DNA from: Eledone cirrhosa
Taxonomy: Eukaryota
Assembly (NCBI GenBank): GCA_964016885.1
Contig: OZ024741.1
Location: 151,962,001-152,026,000, forward strand
Direction of reading: 5' to 3'
Length of the DNA: 64,000 nucleotides
Shown: positions 28,088 to 41,599 of the stretch, in pieces
Numbering within the stretch: the stretch's first letter is position 1
How the letters are laid out: each line of letters opens with the position of its first letter
Translations under genes and position numbers: made by a program
Notes under the pieces: generated by a model
Databases searched by the model: none
What the model was told of the DNA's origin: nothing
Seen by the model: the letters and a program-made list of their open reading frames with translations, nothing else

Positions 28088-29060
28088 AATCTGATTGAAT
28101 GCAGATGGTTAGAATTATGGTATCTATAATGTATTTGCTATAATTTTTGATGTTCTCAACTGATTTTATTTATGTAAAAAATAACAAATAACTTTAACAA
28201 TAATTAATACATCAAAATAGGAAAAATAGAGTCACAAGTCTATTAATTAGCATCCAATAAAAATGAAATAAGCCTGCCCATTTACTGTTGCCATTCAATT
28301 TGATTAAAGTAAATTGTTTAATAAAAAATATATCGATTCTGAAATTGGGAGAGTTGTAGGATTGTCTTTCCGCTCTGTATTCAAATCCCACCTTGTGTAT
28401 CACAAAATAGGAGAGGTTTCGGGAAGTTTAGTATGAAAATATTTAATCCGGTTGTCAAAGCACTTATTTAACATTTTCACATTTTTCACATTTTCAGAAC
28501 ACAATGCACTTTATTCACTGAAGCATTTTTTTTCTTTAAAGTCAGATAAAATTATCGGTAATACCAGTTTGGTCGGTAAGGTAAACTACAGCGGTGGAGG
28601 ACAGTTATAATCTAATGTGACAATGCCAGCCACTCTGCAATGAAAAGAAAATATCTTAGCTTCGAAAAAGGAATGTAGTTGAAAGCAGCAACGTTACTGA
28701 GAGTGTTAAAGCGCTGCGCTAACTTCTCTGCCAGCCATTTCAATAGATTTTAAACCCATTTAAACAAACAAAAAAAATAAATCAAAAGAGAAAAACAAGG
28801 GAACGATGACCTAGGCAATGCGGCTGCTTAACAAAGTAACTAATCTGTCTGGTATTACATAGAAAAGAGATTAACCCAAAATTTGGCAAGAGAGCAACAG
28901 TGCTACACATTATAAATGTGTCCTTAAATAATCATACATTCTGAAGCAGCCAAATTTTGTGTGTTTCCTTTATTGTTTTCTTTTAATTGTTTCTTTCTTT
29001 ATATAAAATATCTCTATAATGCAATATATACGTACACTTACCTATATATATATGTGTGTG

Positions 29061-29097
<37 letters not shown>

Positions 29098-29561
29098 TTC
29101 ATTGTTCGTATACAACCTGTCTATAATATATTACTTGCAATCTGATTTATTGGTCTACACCGCTTCCAAATTTTCCTCACTTTCTCTTTCTCCCTCCTTA
29201 TGCATGCATATATATATATGTATATATAGTAATGGTGGTGGTGACTTATAAGTAATATGATAAAGAAGTCCAAGTCAAATACTGGGGTTGATTCTTCCTC
29301 TATATCTCTTTCTCACTTACTTTCTCTCCCTTTCTCTATCCTTCTCTGGAAGAGATCTGGTGTATTTGGGCCTGGAGAAGAAATGGGCTCAACGAGGTTT
29401 TAAAAAATTGCGCTAGAAACACCGTATGTCAATATGGCGCCCCTACGACTCCTCAGGAATTGCGGGTCCATACCATATCATATTATTGTTTTAATCATTT
29501 ACATTGAGGTGACTATATTTAAAATATAAGTATATATACATATATTTAAGTATATATATAT

Positions 29562-30340
29562 ATCTTTATTCTCTCTTGTCCACGATTTCACCGAACTTAT
29601 ATTCAGCGATTTCAGGGACTTGACTCCTTCTTCCTCACTTTTCGTTGCATTACCATCTTTGATTGTTTACAGGCTCGCTCGTTCCCCTTATTTACGCGTC
29701 CCAACGACTTTCTTTAGCCGTTGCTCGCACTAACCAGAGGTATATGGTCTTTAAAGCGATGAAATACCAATGACGGTGGGAAGATCACTGATGAAGGACT
29801 AAATTTATTCATATGTAACCCATTTGCAACCACGCAGCTCGCTTGTTTTCATATTCACACATATATATTTTCCTCCGCTGTGACCCGTCTGTTTCTTTCT
29901 TACTGCTTCCTCTTTTCTCTGTATCTCTCACTTCCCTTTACCCCCTCTAACAGTCACTCTCTCTGTTAGCCTCTTCCTCACCTTTCACTCACTCACTCTC
30001 TGCTACTCCCTCTCCCACTTCCTCCCGTTTGACCTGTGCGAAATTCTTTCCTCGCGCACATTTTGACCAGGCCGGTTGTTCTTTATTCTCTCTCGTCTAC
30101 GATTTCACAGAACTTTTGTTCACCGATTTCAGGGACTTGACTCCTTCTTCCTCCCGTTTGACCTGTGCGAAATTCTTTCCTTGCTCACATTTAGATCAGG
30201 TTTGATGGTCTTTATTCTCTCTCGTCCATGATTTCACAGAACTTATATTCATCGATTTCAGGGACTTGACTCCTTCTTCCTCACTTTTCGTTGCATTATC
30301 ATCTTTGATCGTTTACAGTCTCGTTCGTTCCCCTTATTTA
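29562..30340 (+). mobile_element. (TA)n-flanked ~780-bp unit with ~130-bp terminal direct repeats
   Basis: tctttattctctc...cgttccccttattta at 29562-29693 and 30209-30340; CTGATGAAGG half-site at 29788. Confidence 0.65.
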
Positions 30341-30531
30341 TATATATACATATTCTTAAGTATATACATATTCTTAAGTATATATATATATATATAGAGA
30401 TATATATATATATATATAGGTAGATATATATAGATAGATAGATATAGATATATAGATATATTCTTAAGTATATGTATATATACTTAAATTTTAAATATAG
30501 TCACCTAAATGTAAATGATTAAAACAATAAT

Positions 30532-30718
30532 TGTTTCTACGTTAGGCACAAGGCCAGCAATTACCCAGTGCATTACCGGTACTTTATTTTATCGACCCCG
30601 TAAGGATGAAAGGCAAAGTTAACCTCGGTGGGATTTGAACTCAGAATGGCAAGGGCCGTAACTCTATACGTCAAAGCATGGCGTCCGACCCTCTCCCAAT
30701 ACTGCTAATCCACCGCCC
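30532..30718 (-). mobile_element. tRNA-derived SINE, family A, with 13-bp target-site duplication
   Basis: TTAAAACAATAAT at 30519-30531 and 30719-30731. Confidence 0.92.
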
Positions 30719-31416
30719 TTAAAACAATAATATGATATGGTATGGACCCGCAACCCCTGCGGAGTCGTAGATGCGCCATATTGACATATGATGTTTCTAG
30801 CGCCTTTTTCTTTTAAACATGGCGGAGTCCATGCCCTCTCCAGGCCCAAATACAGCAGATCTCTTCCAGATAAGGATAGTGAGAGTGAGAGAAAGGAAGT
30901 GAGAAAGACATATAGAGGACGGATCGGCCCCAGTACTTGACTTGTACTTCTGTTATCGACCATGAATGGATGAAAGGCAAAGTTAACCTCGTCAGAATTT
31001 GAACTCAGAGAACAGAGAGCTGAGATGAATACTATAATGCATTCTATCCGATGTTCTAGTGACTCTGCCAATTCGCCGCCTAAAACAATAGTAGATTCCT
31101 ATGAATGATAGTTGAGAAAATTGTATAAAGCCTCCCTGGAGACGTGAAGGAGCCTAAGAGGAATCGAACCACAAACTTTTGGATAGTGGGTGAATGCGTT
31201 AATCATGAAGCTAAGGGGACCCCGGGCACTAATTGTTGGTTTTAGAAAATTGTAAGCCTGTAGCTAGAAAAGGGAACATCCGATTGACATAAGAAACACT
31301 GAACAAATTTGAAATTTTAAATGTAGCCGTCCTAACATAAATGACTACAAAAGTGAATATGTGTGTGTGTGTGTGTGTGTGTTTGTGTGTGTGCGTGTGT
31401 GTGTGTGTGTGTGCGT

Positions 31417-31449
<33 letters not shown>

Positions 31450-31450
31450 C

Positions 31451-31740
31451 ATGGCTTAGTGGTTAGAGCATTGGACTTGCAATTGAGAGGTTTTGAATTT
31501 GATTCTCGGACCGGGTGGTACCATGTGTCCTTGAGCAAGACACTTTATTTCCCGTTGCTCCAGTTTACTGAGCTGTAGAAATGAGTTTTGACGTCACTGG
31601 TGCCAAGCTGTATCGGTCATTGCCTTTCCCTTGGACAACATCGGTGGCGTGGAGAGAGTAGACTGGTATGCATGGGTGACTGCTGGTCTTCCACAAAACA
31701 AACATTTTCTAGGTGTAAAACTATGGTCATTCGTGACCGA
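31451..31740 (+). mobile_element. tRNA-derived SINE with CORE-like segment
   Basis: tggcttagtggttagagcattggact...gtgtccttgagcaagacactttattt. Confidence 0.85.
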
Positions 31741-31944
31741 GTGAGGCCTTTAGGACACAAGGGTCGCAACTATTTATATATTTTTTATTTTATAATATTT
31801 AGTCATGTAGAGGTGTGACAAGGATTGACGTGTGCAAAATAATTTCCATTTTGTCCTTTAAGGTGCATCAAAATTTCATATATCAATCTGTACAATGCAG
31901 GAAATTAATAAAAACTAAAACTCCTGTGTGACTTTTAGGCCACC

Positions 31945-31990
<46 letters not shown>

Positions 31991-32070
31991 CAAAGAAATT
32001 GTGGTAAGGAACCAGATGTACCATAACGCACCAGAGTACTCAATACTTAGGGTAGTAGAGTGGGAAATAG

Positions 32071-32197
32071 GAAAAAGTATGACCCTGACGGCAGAGCTCA
32101 AGCCGTTTCGACGGCTATTTCTGGACTATTTCTGGCTATTTCTGAGTCCGGAAATAGCCGTCGAAACGGCTTGAGCTCTGCCGTCGGGGTCATACTT

Positions 32198-32201
<4 letters not shown>
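32071..32201. repeat. Palindrome of a hammerhead 3' half (same family as 6622-6733)
   Basis: GTC-GAAA-CGGC-ttgagctct-GCCG-TC-GGGGTC mirrored; centre contains short ctatttctg repeats. Confidence 0.85.
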
Positions 32202-32295
<94 letters not shown>

Positions 32296-32399
32296 AGTAT
32301 ATCTACCAACATATGTATACAGATGTATACCCATGCTACCAGATATATATGTTATGTCTTAGTACCTTTGTGGTTCTATGCAGGGGGATGCAGAACAAT

Positions 32400-33225
32400 T
32401 ATATGAAAGACGTAAAATAAGAAAATTTTAAAAATTAAAAATTAACTTACTTACTAAAATTTTCACTCCAACTAATTAGTTTCTGTAAGGGAATAAATAT
32501 AGTTACGTAATGTAACTATAGAGAAGTCCTTACGTCATCAGGTAGTCTATTCTCAGCTAAGTTCCCAGGCAATGCGCGGACACTAGGAACCCATATAAAA
32601 ATAATAATTCAGTGGATGGAATAAAGCTAGCGGGGACTAAATTCCAGGGCACTGAAAAAATTCACTGCCTACTTGGTCAGTGGCAAATTCTAAAGAATCA
32701 ATCACGTGACACTGAGGTTGATCAGTGAGGAGTGGGGTGGTATTATGACAAGAGCCTAACTACTACTATGAACCATAGCAGTAAATTTTGGCAAGATATG
32801 CTCAACAAATAATTTAGAGATAAATATAGAGAATTAGTATATCTACCAACATATGCTATGGTTCATAGTAGTAGTTAGGCTCTTGTCATAATACCACCCC
32901 ACTCCTCACTGATCAACCTCAGTGTCACGTGATTGATTCTTTAGAATTTGCCACTGACCAAGTAGGCAGTGAATTTTTTCAGTGTCCTGGAATTTAGTCC
33001 CCGCTAGCTTTATTCCATCCACTGAATTATTATTTTTATATGGGTTCCTAGTGTCCGCGCATTGCCTGGGAACTTAGCTGAGAATAGACTCCCTGATGAC
33101 GTAAGGACTTCTCTATAGTTACATTACGTAACTATATTTATTCCCTTACAGAAACTAATTAGTTGGAGTGAAAATTTTAATAAGTAAGTTAATTTTTAAT
33201 TTTTTAAATTTTCTTATTTTACGTC

Positions 33226-33233
<8 letters not shown>
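32400..33233. repeat. ~380-bp near-perfect inverted repeat (32400-32780 / 32854-33233)
   Basis: Arms are reverse complements with few mismatches; each holds a hammerhead. Confidence 0.92.
33088..33169 (+). ncRNA. Type I hammerhead with extended stem II; mirror copy 32465-32546 (-)
   Basis: ACTCC/GGAGT stem I; CTGATGA 33093-33099; GTAAGG/CCTTAC enclosing TATAGTTAC/GTAACTATA; GAAA 33151-33154; palindromic CTAATTAG; GUU. Confidence 0.9.
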
Positions 33234-33291
<58 letters not shown>

Positions 33292-33332
33292 ATGATATTA
33301 ATAAATGGAAACTATATTTATAAAACCATATT

Positions 33333-33393
33333 TATTCTATTATATATATTTCAAGGGTACCAAAACTTTGGTACGCTCTCATCAGATAAAATA
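33333..33393 (-). ncRNA. Type I hammerhead (relative of 10278-10343)
   Basis: TATTTTAT-CTGATGA-GAGcGTACCAAA-gt-TTTGGTACcCTT-GAAA-TATATA-TA-ATAGAATA. Confidence 0.85.
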
Positions 33394-33592
33394 CAAAGTT
33401 TGTTTTATAAATATTGACATATCCAGGAAGGAGATCTTAACGGTTCAAGTTTTTCCTGGATAGTAAAAGGAAAGAGGGGAAAGAGAGGAAATGTCAAATA
33501 TTTTAAATTATTAAGATGAATATGCAAATGAGGTTGAGGTATAGGGCTGAAAAAAATTTTATTTTTAAACGCTAGGTAGATTTAAATAATTA

Positions 33593-33626
<34 letters not shown>

Positions 33627-34156
33627 TTAGCATGGCCACACTGCAAGCATAAGGCCTCATGTTCGATCCCAGCGCATGGCATCTTGGACTACTGCCATTT
33701 ACCTTAGGTGTTGAATAAAGAATATCCATCATAATAAATATACGACTTGTGTATGGAATATGTACGCTGAGTGAGATTGGGTGTAGGATTATGATTTGTA
33801 TTTGCTTGACCTCGTGGATAACATGGGGTTGGTTTATATTCATTTACATTCTAAAAAAGAAATATGATAGTCTTAGTTTTATATACACACAATTTGCACA
33901 CACGCGCACACACACACACACACGCACACACACACAAGCATACACATACATACACACACAGAAATAACAAAGAAAACGACACAGTATAATGAAGAAATAT
34001 ATTAGTTTAAAGAGCCTTAACGTTTAGGACAGTAGTCCTTCGTCAGAAGAGAGAATGAGAAGTAAAAGATGAAATAGAAAGATAGAAGAGCAAGGAACGG
34101 GAAAAGGTTTTGAGAAAAAACGTGTACTTTCTGTCAGCCATTTTAGAGAAATATAC

Positions 34157-34187
<31 letters not shown>

Positions 34188-35199
34188 AACATTAGGGATG
34201 AGGAAACCGTTCAGTATAATAAATATTAATATGGTAGTTTTTCCATATATAATTTCGGGAGGTGACAAACTCCCATCGATCAACTGAGTTATCCTCGTAA
34301 TTGGTACACAAAAGCTTCCTCGGGGAGATGTTTAAAAGGCAACAAACTATAATCAAATTGTGATATTAAAAACAATGATATTAATAACGATAATAATAAT
34401 AATGATATGGTTGGAAAAACTATTAATAAGGGAGTGGTAGCAATAACGAGACGAGGTTTGTTGGACAGATCATATTACTTGTAAGTCACCGCCACCATTA
34501 CCATCAATATCACACAGCCATTAGTAACACCGTCACCACCACCGCCACTGTCAAGTCCGTCACCAACACCAACACCACTACATCACCAACAATATCACCG
34601 CCACTACCTTTATTATAAAGCTTTCTTGTTAATAAGACATGTGACTGAATAACATTGTTGTATGATATGATTAATTGAATACAACGGTTTACAAAATAGA
34701 AAGTGGTTAACAGAAAACAAAAATAGATAATAAAATGAACGAAAAGAAATATAATAGTAATAATACTAAATAATAGACAAGAGATAATCGATAAGAGATG
34801 ATGCTGTATAATAGGTATTAAGAGATGGCATTAGATAACAGATATTTAATAGGGAGATAGTAGATAATAGATATCTAATAGATGGTAATAGCTGATAGGG
34901 AATACAATAGAGGGATGTTTACATGTTCTCATTACTAGGCTAATATTTTAGATAGCCATACTGGAGTTGGAGCTACGATGGTTACAACAATAAATGATGT
35001 TGCATTTGTTTCATCAACGGGCTGTCTTCTCGTAAAATTAATGTGCAAATGGGTGAGCATTCCGTACACACGTGTATGTTTAATGTACATAATAGAATTT
35101 CAGCGTGGCAGTGTGTATGACAAAGCTGATCTTCTGAATTACAGATACAGTCCAGATATTTCAAAACGGAAAATGAAGGGAAGGACAAGGGCTATTGAA

Positions 35200-35560
35200 T
35201 CACAGAAGAATGGGAGGTGGAAGGGGGAGGATTATGGGCTCTAAGCCTAGGGCGCTGCGGTGTTGGGGATACACCCGACGGACAAGACCACAAAACCACT
35301 GCCGCGGACAATGACCAGTGACATCCGCTGCAACAGCCACTCCACCACACGGGGCTTCTTCCTCAGACAGGCTGCTGACGTTCCGGTCTTGCGGAGGAGT
35401 TCGGCAGTACAGGGTCCAAGTACGCCTGAGGTCTCAACGGCGACCAATGCGAAGAGGAAGCGACCGGACAATCCTCGTATTTGTTTGTCTTCCATTCCTC
35501 TGCATTGCGGGCGCAGTACCGGGGCTTGTGGCCGAGGCGACTAAGTTGTATCTGACGAGC
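35200..35560 (-). pseudogene. CRE-clade non-LTR retrotransposon C-terminal fragment
   Basis: FALVAVETSGVLGP...WLLQRMSLVIVRGS resembles the CRE C-terminal P.AVET.G..G / LFQRISIA.QRGN pattern. Confidence 0.75.
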
Positions 35561-35809
35561 TTCTAGACAGTTTCCAAATACTCAATTTCACACACATTTT
35601 GTCTATCCAGTTTAGATTAGGAACATCGTGTGTGCATGTCGAAAGTGTTGACTAAACTCATTTGCAAGTAAGGACATCTGATCACAAAATATTGCTTGCT
35701 TCATGAAGGAACCGATGATGAACATGTAGCCTTTCACGGGGCCCGTGCGACAGGCCCCTACTTTAGCACGAAATAGCATTAAAACACTTTCCAATGCTGG
35801 TGCTTTTCC

Positions 35810-35850
<41 letters not shown>

Positions 35851-35971
35851 GCGTGTAAGCGTCCGTGTGTGTGTGTGTTTGTGTGTGTGCACGCACGCGT
35901 GTGTGTTTTGTGCTATTGAAAATACTCCTTGATCCACCAGACTGCCAACGCCGTCCACGACGACAGCTGGT

Positions 35972-36149
<178 letters not shown>

Positions 36150-36162
36150 CATATATATATAC

Positions 36163-36205
<43 letters not shown>

Positions 36206-36258
36206 TACATATATATATATATACATATATATATATACATATATACATATATATATAT

Positions 36259-36341
<83 letters not shown>

Positions 36342-36882
36342 TGATAGAAATATTCTTACCAGTAACATCGTCCTCGTAAAACTTCAGGAAAGCTTTTACT
36401 AATAACTATTTCCAGAAATATAATATTTCCTGTAGGAATATCTTCAATTCTCCCTTTCATTGCTTTTTTCTTTCATTTTTATCTTATGTATACATTTTAT
36501 ATATATATTGTGCCACGAACCAGTTCTTAAGGAAAAATATACCACATAAAAAACAAATGGACTAAAAAATCAATATAAGATATGAGTGGGAAAAATAGAA
36601 CAGCAAAAACCACATATAAATAAAACATCCTAAATCGTAACTGCTTTTCACAAGAAGCTAGATTTTAGGTGGTGTGGTGCAGGGTGAGGGTGAACAATAC
36701 AGCTCTGCCTTTCTCTTCAGTCATGAGTTCAGAACTCATCTCAGAGAAGACAATACTAAGTAGAATGGTAGGGGTGCAGAAGGTGGATTGGTGTTGTTTT
36801 TAGTCATCACGAGAAACGAGATATTATATTTGCGAGTTTGTGTATGGAGGGGGGGGGGTCTTTCTGGGATAGGGGTCTGTCT

Positions 36883-36927
<45 letters not shown>

Positions 36928-37272
36928 TGTGTGTGTGTATCCATTCATGCTTAGTGGTTCACCACTGAATAGAACTCGTCATTCCGTTTAGTTCACCATG
37001 ATGTAATATTAGGGAAAGCACCCAACGTTGCGCAACTCATCTAACGTTGGCGTTGAATCCTGTGGTTGGTGCCGGAATGGAGTTAAATATTGATTTTATT
37101 AAAACCATATATCAATGACCTTCGTTACGTAAAATCCTGGAGACATCATCCGTTGCGGATTGCATAATTAGTTAATCAATAAAGGAATTGCGGAACACAC
37201 AAACAGGAGAAATATGAACAGAAAAAATATTTGAAACGGGGACGGTCTGCTATCTACATGTTCGTTCTCGCA

Positions 37273-37430
<158 letters not shown>

Positions 37431-37655
37431 CGTGAAATATGTGGGTATATATATATATATATCTTTAGGTTTGTTGGTTCACCACTGGATAGAATTGGTC
37501 ATACAGTATGGTCAATCTTGGTGTAATATTATGGAGAGTACTCAACGTAGTGCAGTTCACCCGTCTTCGTTTGTGTAGTTGGTGGTGCTAATACGGAGTT
37601 AATTATTATAAAATAACAGGAGGCTGGACTGATGTAAATCCTTGAAAGGTTTATT

Positions 37656-37713
37656 ATACTATGATCATTTCAATGACCCGGTTCCATATGAATCCGGTGA
37701 TATCATCAGGTAT
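37656..37713 (-). ncRNA. Type I hammerhead, imperfect stem II base
   Basis: ATAC-CTGATGA-tatcaCCGGattcatatggaaCCGGgtcatt-GAAA-TGATCA-TA-GTAT. Confidence 0.65.
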
Positions 37714-38684
37714 TGGAATATAACAAAGGAATATGTAAAAAACCATGGGTCCGAAAAATCAGAGACAGAGACAAAGAGGACGACTGACCAACTAGCTGCC
37801 TTCACCTCGGCCAGTCGCCCTCAAAGTGATGGCAACTGAATCTACTAATGACCATCTGGTGAGGGGGCGAAGGCTTATAATGTACTACCACTTCTCCGTC
37901 AAAGAAAAAGGGGAAGAAAGAAAGAAAGGAAGAAGGAAGAAAGAAATCAGCGTAAGGATCACACTACATTCATGCTAGAAAATGCCGCGAAAAATGCTAC
38001 TCCAAGGAATCTATATTTAACAAAGGCATATATAATGGGTGTCTGTATGGTCTAATGTGTGAACCGAAAATTGGAACGTTAAACTTATGTTACGAGTTAT
38101 AGGATGAAATTAAATTAAATTAAAAAATATTAAATTGCAAAAGGACAAATTGAAAAATAAATTATTAGAAAATTAAAGATTAAGGTAGCGAGATTTATTT
38201 AATGAACTTACAGAGAGAGTCTTATATGAAAAAATTAATTTATTTCGATAAGATATCAGGATGGGATATAGAGTAAATATTTCGATTGTGAGTCCCAGCC
38301 AGCACCCCACCCCCCACCCCCAACCATGAGTCAGCCAGTTTAGAGTGGTATCGTCCAGCGAAAGAAATGGAAATTAATTTTTCCGAGTACTCTAGGAACG
38401 TAGCTACCTCAAGGCCCCGGGAGCGCTAGCGGGAAGTCTACAATACCAAACGAATATTATTAATTCACACATGAGCGGTTTATTTACGTGCCAGTAGAGG
38501 CATGATTCAGCTAATAGTTATGCCTAAACCTGGAGTTTATAGGTATAAGTATAATATGGCGGCCAAAACAGGCGGCGCGGTGGGACCGAGGCAAAGCAGC
38601 CCGCTCCGAGTAATTTCGTTTACCGAAAGAGGGGAAATTTATTTATCCGAGCACTCAAGGAAGGCTGAACTTTCCGAGTGCCCA

Positions 38685-38825
<141 letters not shown>

Positions 38826-38826
38826 T

Positions 38827-40400
38827 TAGGGTTGTCACGTTTTGAGTTTTTGTAAAATAATTGTTTTACTGTATCATAATTCGATGAACTTCTGTTCAAA
38901 TTTAATGAAGAAAAGATATAATTTTGTTTACTCTTTAACGATTGTCACCGCAACATGAAATTTCTAAAATCATATATGAGTATAGTATTACTATGACTTT
39001 CTGGAACCGTCTAGAACTTTTTGAAGCCTTCTAGAACTTTCTGAAAAGTTATGACGTGCACGGTGAATGGCTATGTAGTGAGGACAGACGGTTATACCAT
39101 CTTCAGATCGAAAGCAAAGGTCATGTTGGATATACACCTGGAAAGAATGCGAGTTCCAAAACTATCCATCCATCCAAAAGAAGTAAAGTGATCTTGGAGC
39201 AAACTACCACAACAGTAACAACAACAACTTCAACTTCTGAATCAGAGATCCAATCAGAGCGTGAATATGAAGAGTCCGAAAGTTCTGGAGAACAATTTAC
39301 AAGAAAATGATTAGTAACCTCTTCAAACTTATCAACCAGCAAAGCAGCACATATTTGTCAGCAGTTATCTTAAGAAGAGATTGGCGTTGAGACACCTACC
39401 CAATCTGGTATTTACGGATCTACTATCAAAGAAGCTGTTAAACTTAGAGAAGAAATGAAGAAAGCCCTACACTTAGAAAATTGATGACCAAGAATATCAA
39501 GTGCTCGTTTTGAAGAATGAAAGAAGAGAAGTTAAATTAGAAACATTAGGTCTACAAAATGAAAAAGCTTTTACTGTTGTCAAAGACTTAACAGCTGTCC
39601 TGGATGAATATAATTTATGGTAGAGCATAAAAATAACTTGCGAAGACTACAAATGTGGACACTGGGAGCAGGAATGAGATTGTCATTCAGTTACAAAAAT
39701 TATTTGCTCAAAAGGAACTGGAACAACCACAATTCATTGGCTTTCAACATCCCGTTTTTGACCGAGTGCTTCGCGTAATAATGGATGACGAATTTGGAGA
39801 AAAGAACACATCGCCCAATATCGAATATCCATTTATCCGTGTAAATTACGACAAACAGATTAAGAAGAATTTCAAGAATGGTAAAGAAGATATTACTGAA
39901 ACAACTGGATGGCGTGATGATATGAAGTTTCTATTTCATTTAACTCGAGTCTTCCGCTTTTTCGAAGAAACTGGAAGATTTCCTAAAGTGAAGTTGCAAA
40001 AAAATACCTAACTTAAGTAATGGAACATGAAATTGTAGAGCAATACTAGCTTTTCTTTGCTTTTATTATTCTACCATAGAACTGCTCTAAATGTGTAAAT
40101 TCATCTCTTACAGATGGGTGGACCATTGGTTTACTGACCAAATCTGCAATGCAAATGATTATCAGAAGCTATGTAGCAGTTTAAAGGCTCACAAAAGAGA
40201 TTAAACTCTGTGGTTTTGTAATCCAGAACCATCGAGACTCAACATTTCCAGAACAAATCAGTGTGCAGAACTGGCGATGAAGCACCTTTAAGATCGTTGT
40301 GACGTCTATAAAAAGAAAGAAAAAGTTCATCTTAGATTTATTTTGTCTAAGAAAACACAATAATTATATATTATGCTATAATTATGCTAAATATTCCACA
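38827..40400 (+). mobile_element. Decayed DNA transposase, probably hAT-like (hATm-type)
   Basis: Fragments TNVDTG, QFIGFQHPVFDRVLR, WRDDMKFLFHL, RTNQCAELAMK with stops and frameshifts; starts TAGGG after (TA)n; matching right TIR not found. Confidence 0.55.
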
Positions 40401-40687
40401 TTTTTATTTATTTATATAGCTATTCTTATTTGTTGATAAACTGTTAAATGAGTTAAAAAATAGATAAATACTATCCAATTACGCCATTAGCAAATTGAGA
40501 AATAAAGCTTCTGAAATATTTTAATTTTTTACCCTTATGGCGTATATGGTAAAATCAAATTTTCGGTTCGGGCTGACATTTTCAAGAAATAAAACAAAGG
40601 TTCATAGATTAATAATACAAGTAAATAGGCTTACAAAAGAGTCATAACTCATATATACATATACATAGATATATATAGATATATACG

Positions 40688-40751
<64 letters not shown>

Positions 40752-40789
40752 ATATATATATATACGGATGTGTATGATTGTGTATAGAA

Positions 40790-41092
40790 GATTATATTAA
40801 TAAAAGGAATTCTAACTTTGTCTGATTTACTCGTTTTATTTACAATCCTTTAAAATTATAATGATATTATAATGAAATAGTATGGTAGAATATTAAATGT
40901 TAAGTGTTATTCTGTGGTGACAGTCAAGTTTGCAATTTTCAACTGTTGAAAATTGCAAACTTGACTGTCACCACAGAATAACACTTAACATTTAATATTC
41001 TACCATACTATTTCATTATAATATCACTATCATTTTAAAGGATTGTAAATAAAACGAGTAAATCAGAAAAAGTTGGAATTCCTTTTATTAAT
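40790..41092. repeat. ~150-bp-arm palindrome between (TA)n tracts
   Basis: Centre gcaattttcaac-t-gttgaaaattgc; arms differ by a few substitutions. Confidence 0.9.
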
Positions 41093-41159
41093 ATATATAT
41101 ATTAAATGTAGAAAGGCTTCTGCAGGACTAGAACTGTTTCATTCCGGAGAAATCATCAG

Positions 41160-41210
41160 GGCTTCCTGATGATTTCTCCAGAATGAAACAGTTCTAGTCC
41201 TGTAGAAGCC
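41160..41210 (+). ncRNA. Type I hammerhead fused head-to-head with its own inverted copy (41105-41160)
   Basis: GGCTTC-CTGATGA-tTTC-tcca-GAAt-GAAA-CAG-ttctagtc-CTG-TA-GAAGCC. Confidence 0.85.
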
Positions 41211-41599
41211 TTTCTACATTAAATATTTATACTCTGATTTGTATTGAGTACCTTTCTTACAGTGGTTACCCCTCGATTGAACCCGGGATGAACTTATATA
41301 TATATGTAACCTGTGTTTTTCGAATATTCATAATAATATTCGATTCGTTTGCAATTATGCATGTACAGCGATAAATTGTTGTTATATATATATATATGTA
41401 TATATACATATATATATATAACAAAAAGCTATCGCTCTACATGCATAATTGCAAACGAATCGAATATTATTATGAATAATCGAAAAACTCAGATTACATA
41501 TATATATATATTATCAAATGATTCTATGGACATACTTTATAGTATATATATATATATATATAGTAGTAGAACACTGGAAGGTAATATCCGTAGTGGTAG

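Noticed and set aside
27500-29000. Possible host exon or enhancer in non-repetitive stretch
   Set aside because: No supportable ORF or splice structure; conservation cannot be assessed from this window
31451-31525. tRNA gene
   Set aside because: tRNA-like head continues into a SINE body; no full cloverleaf
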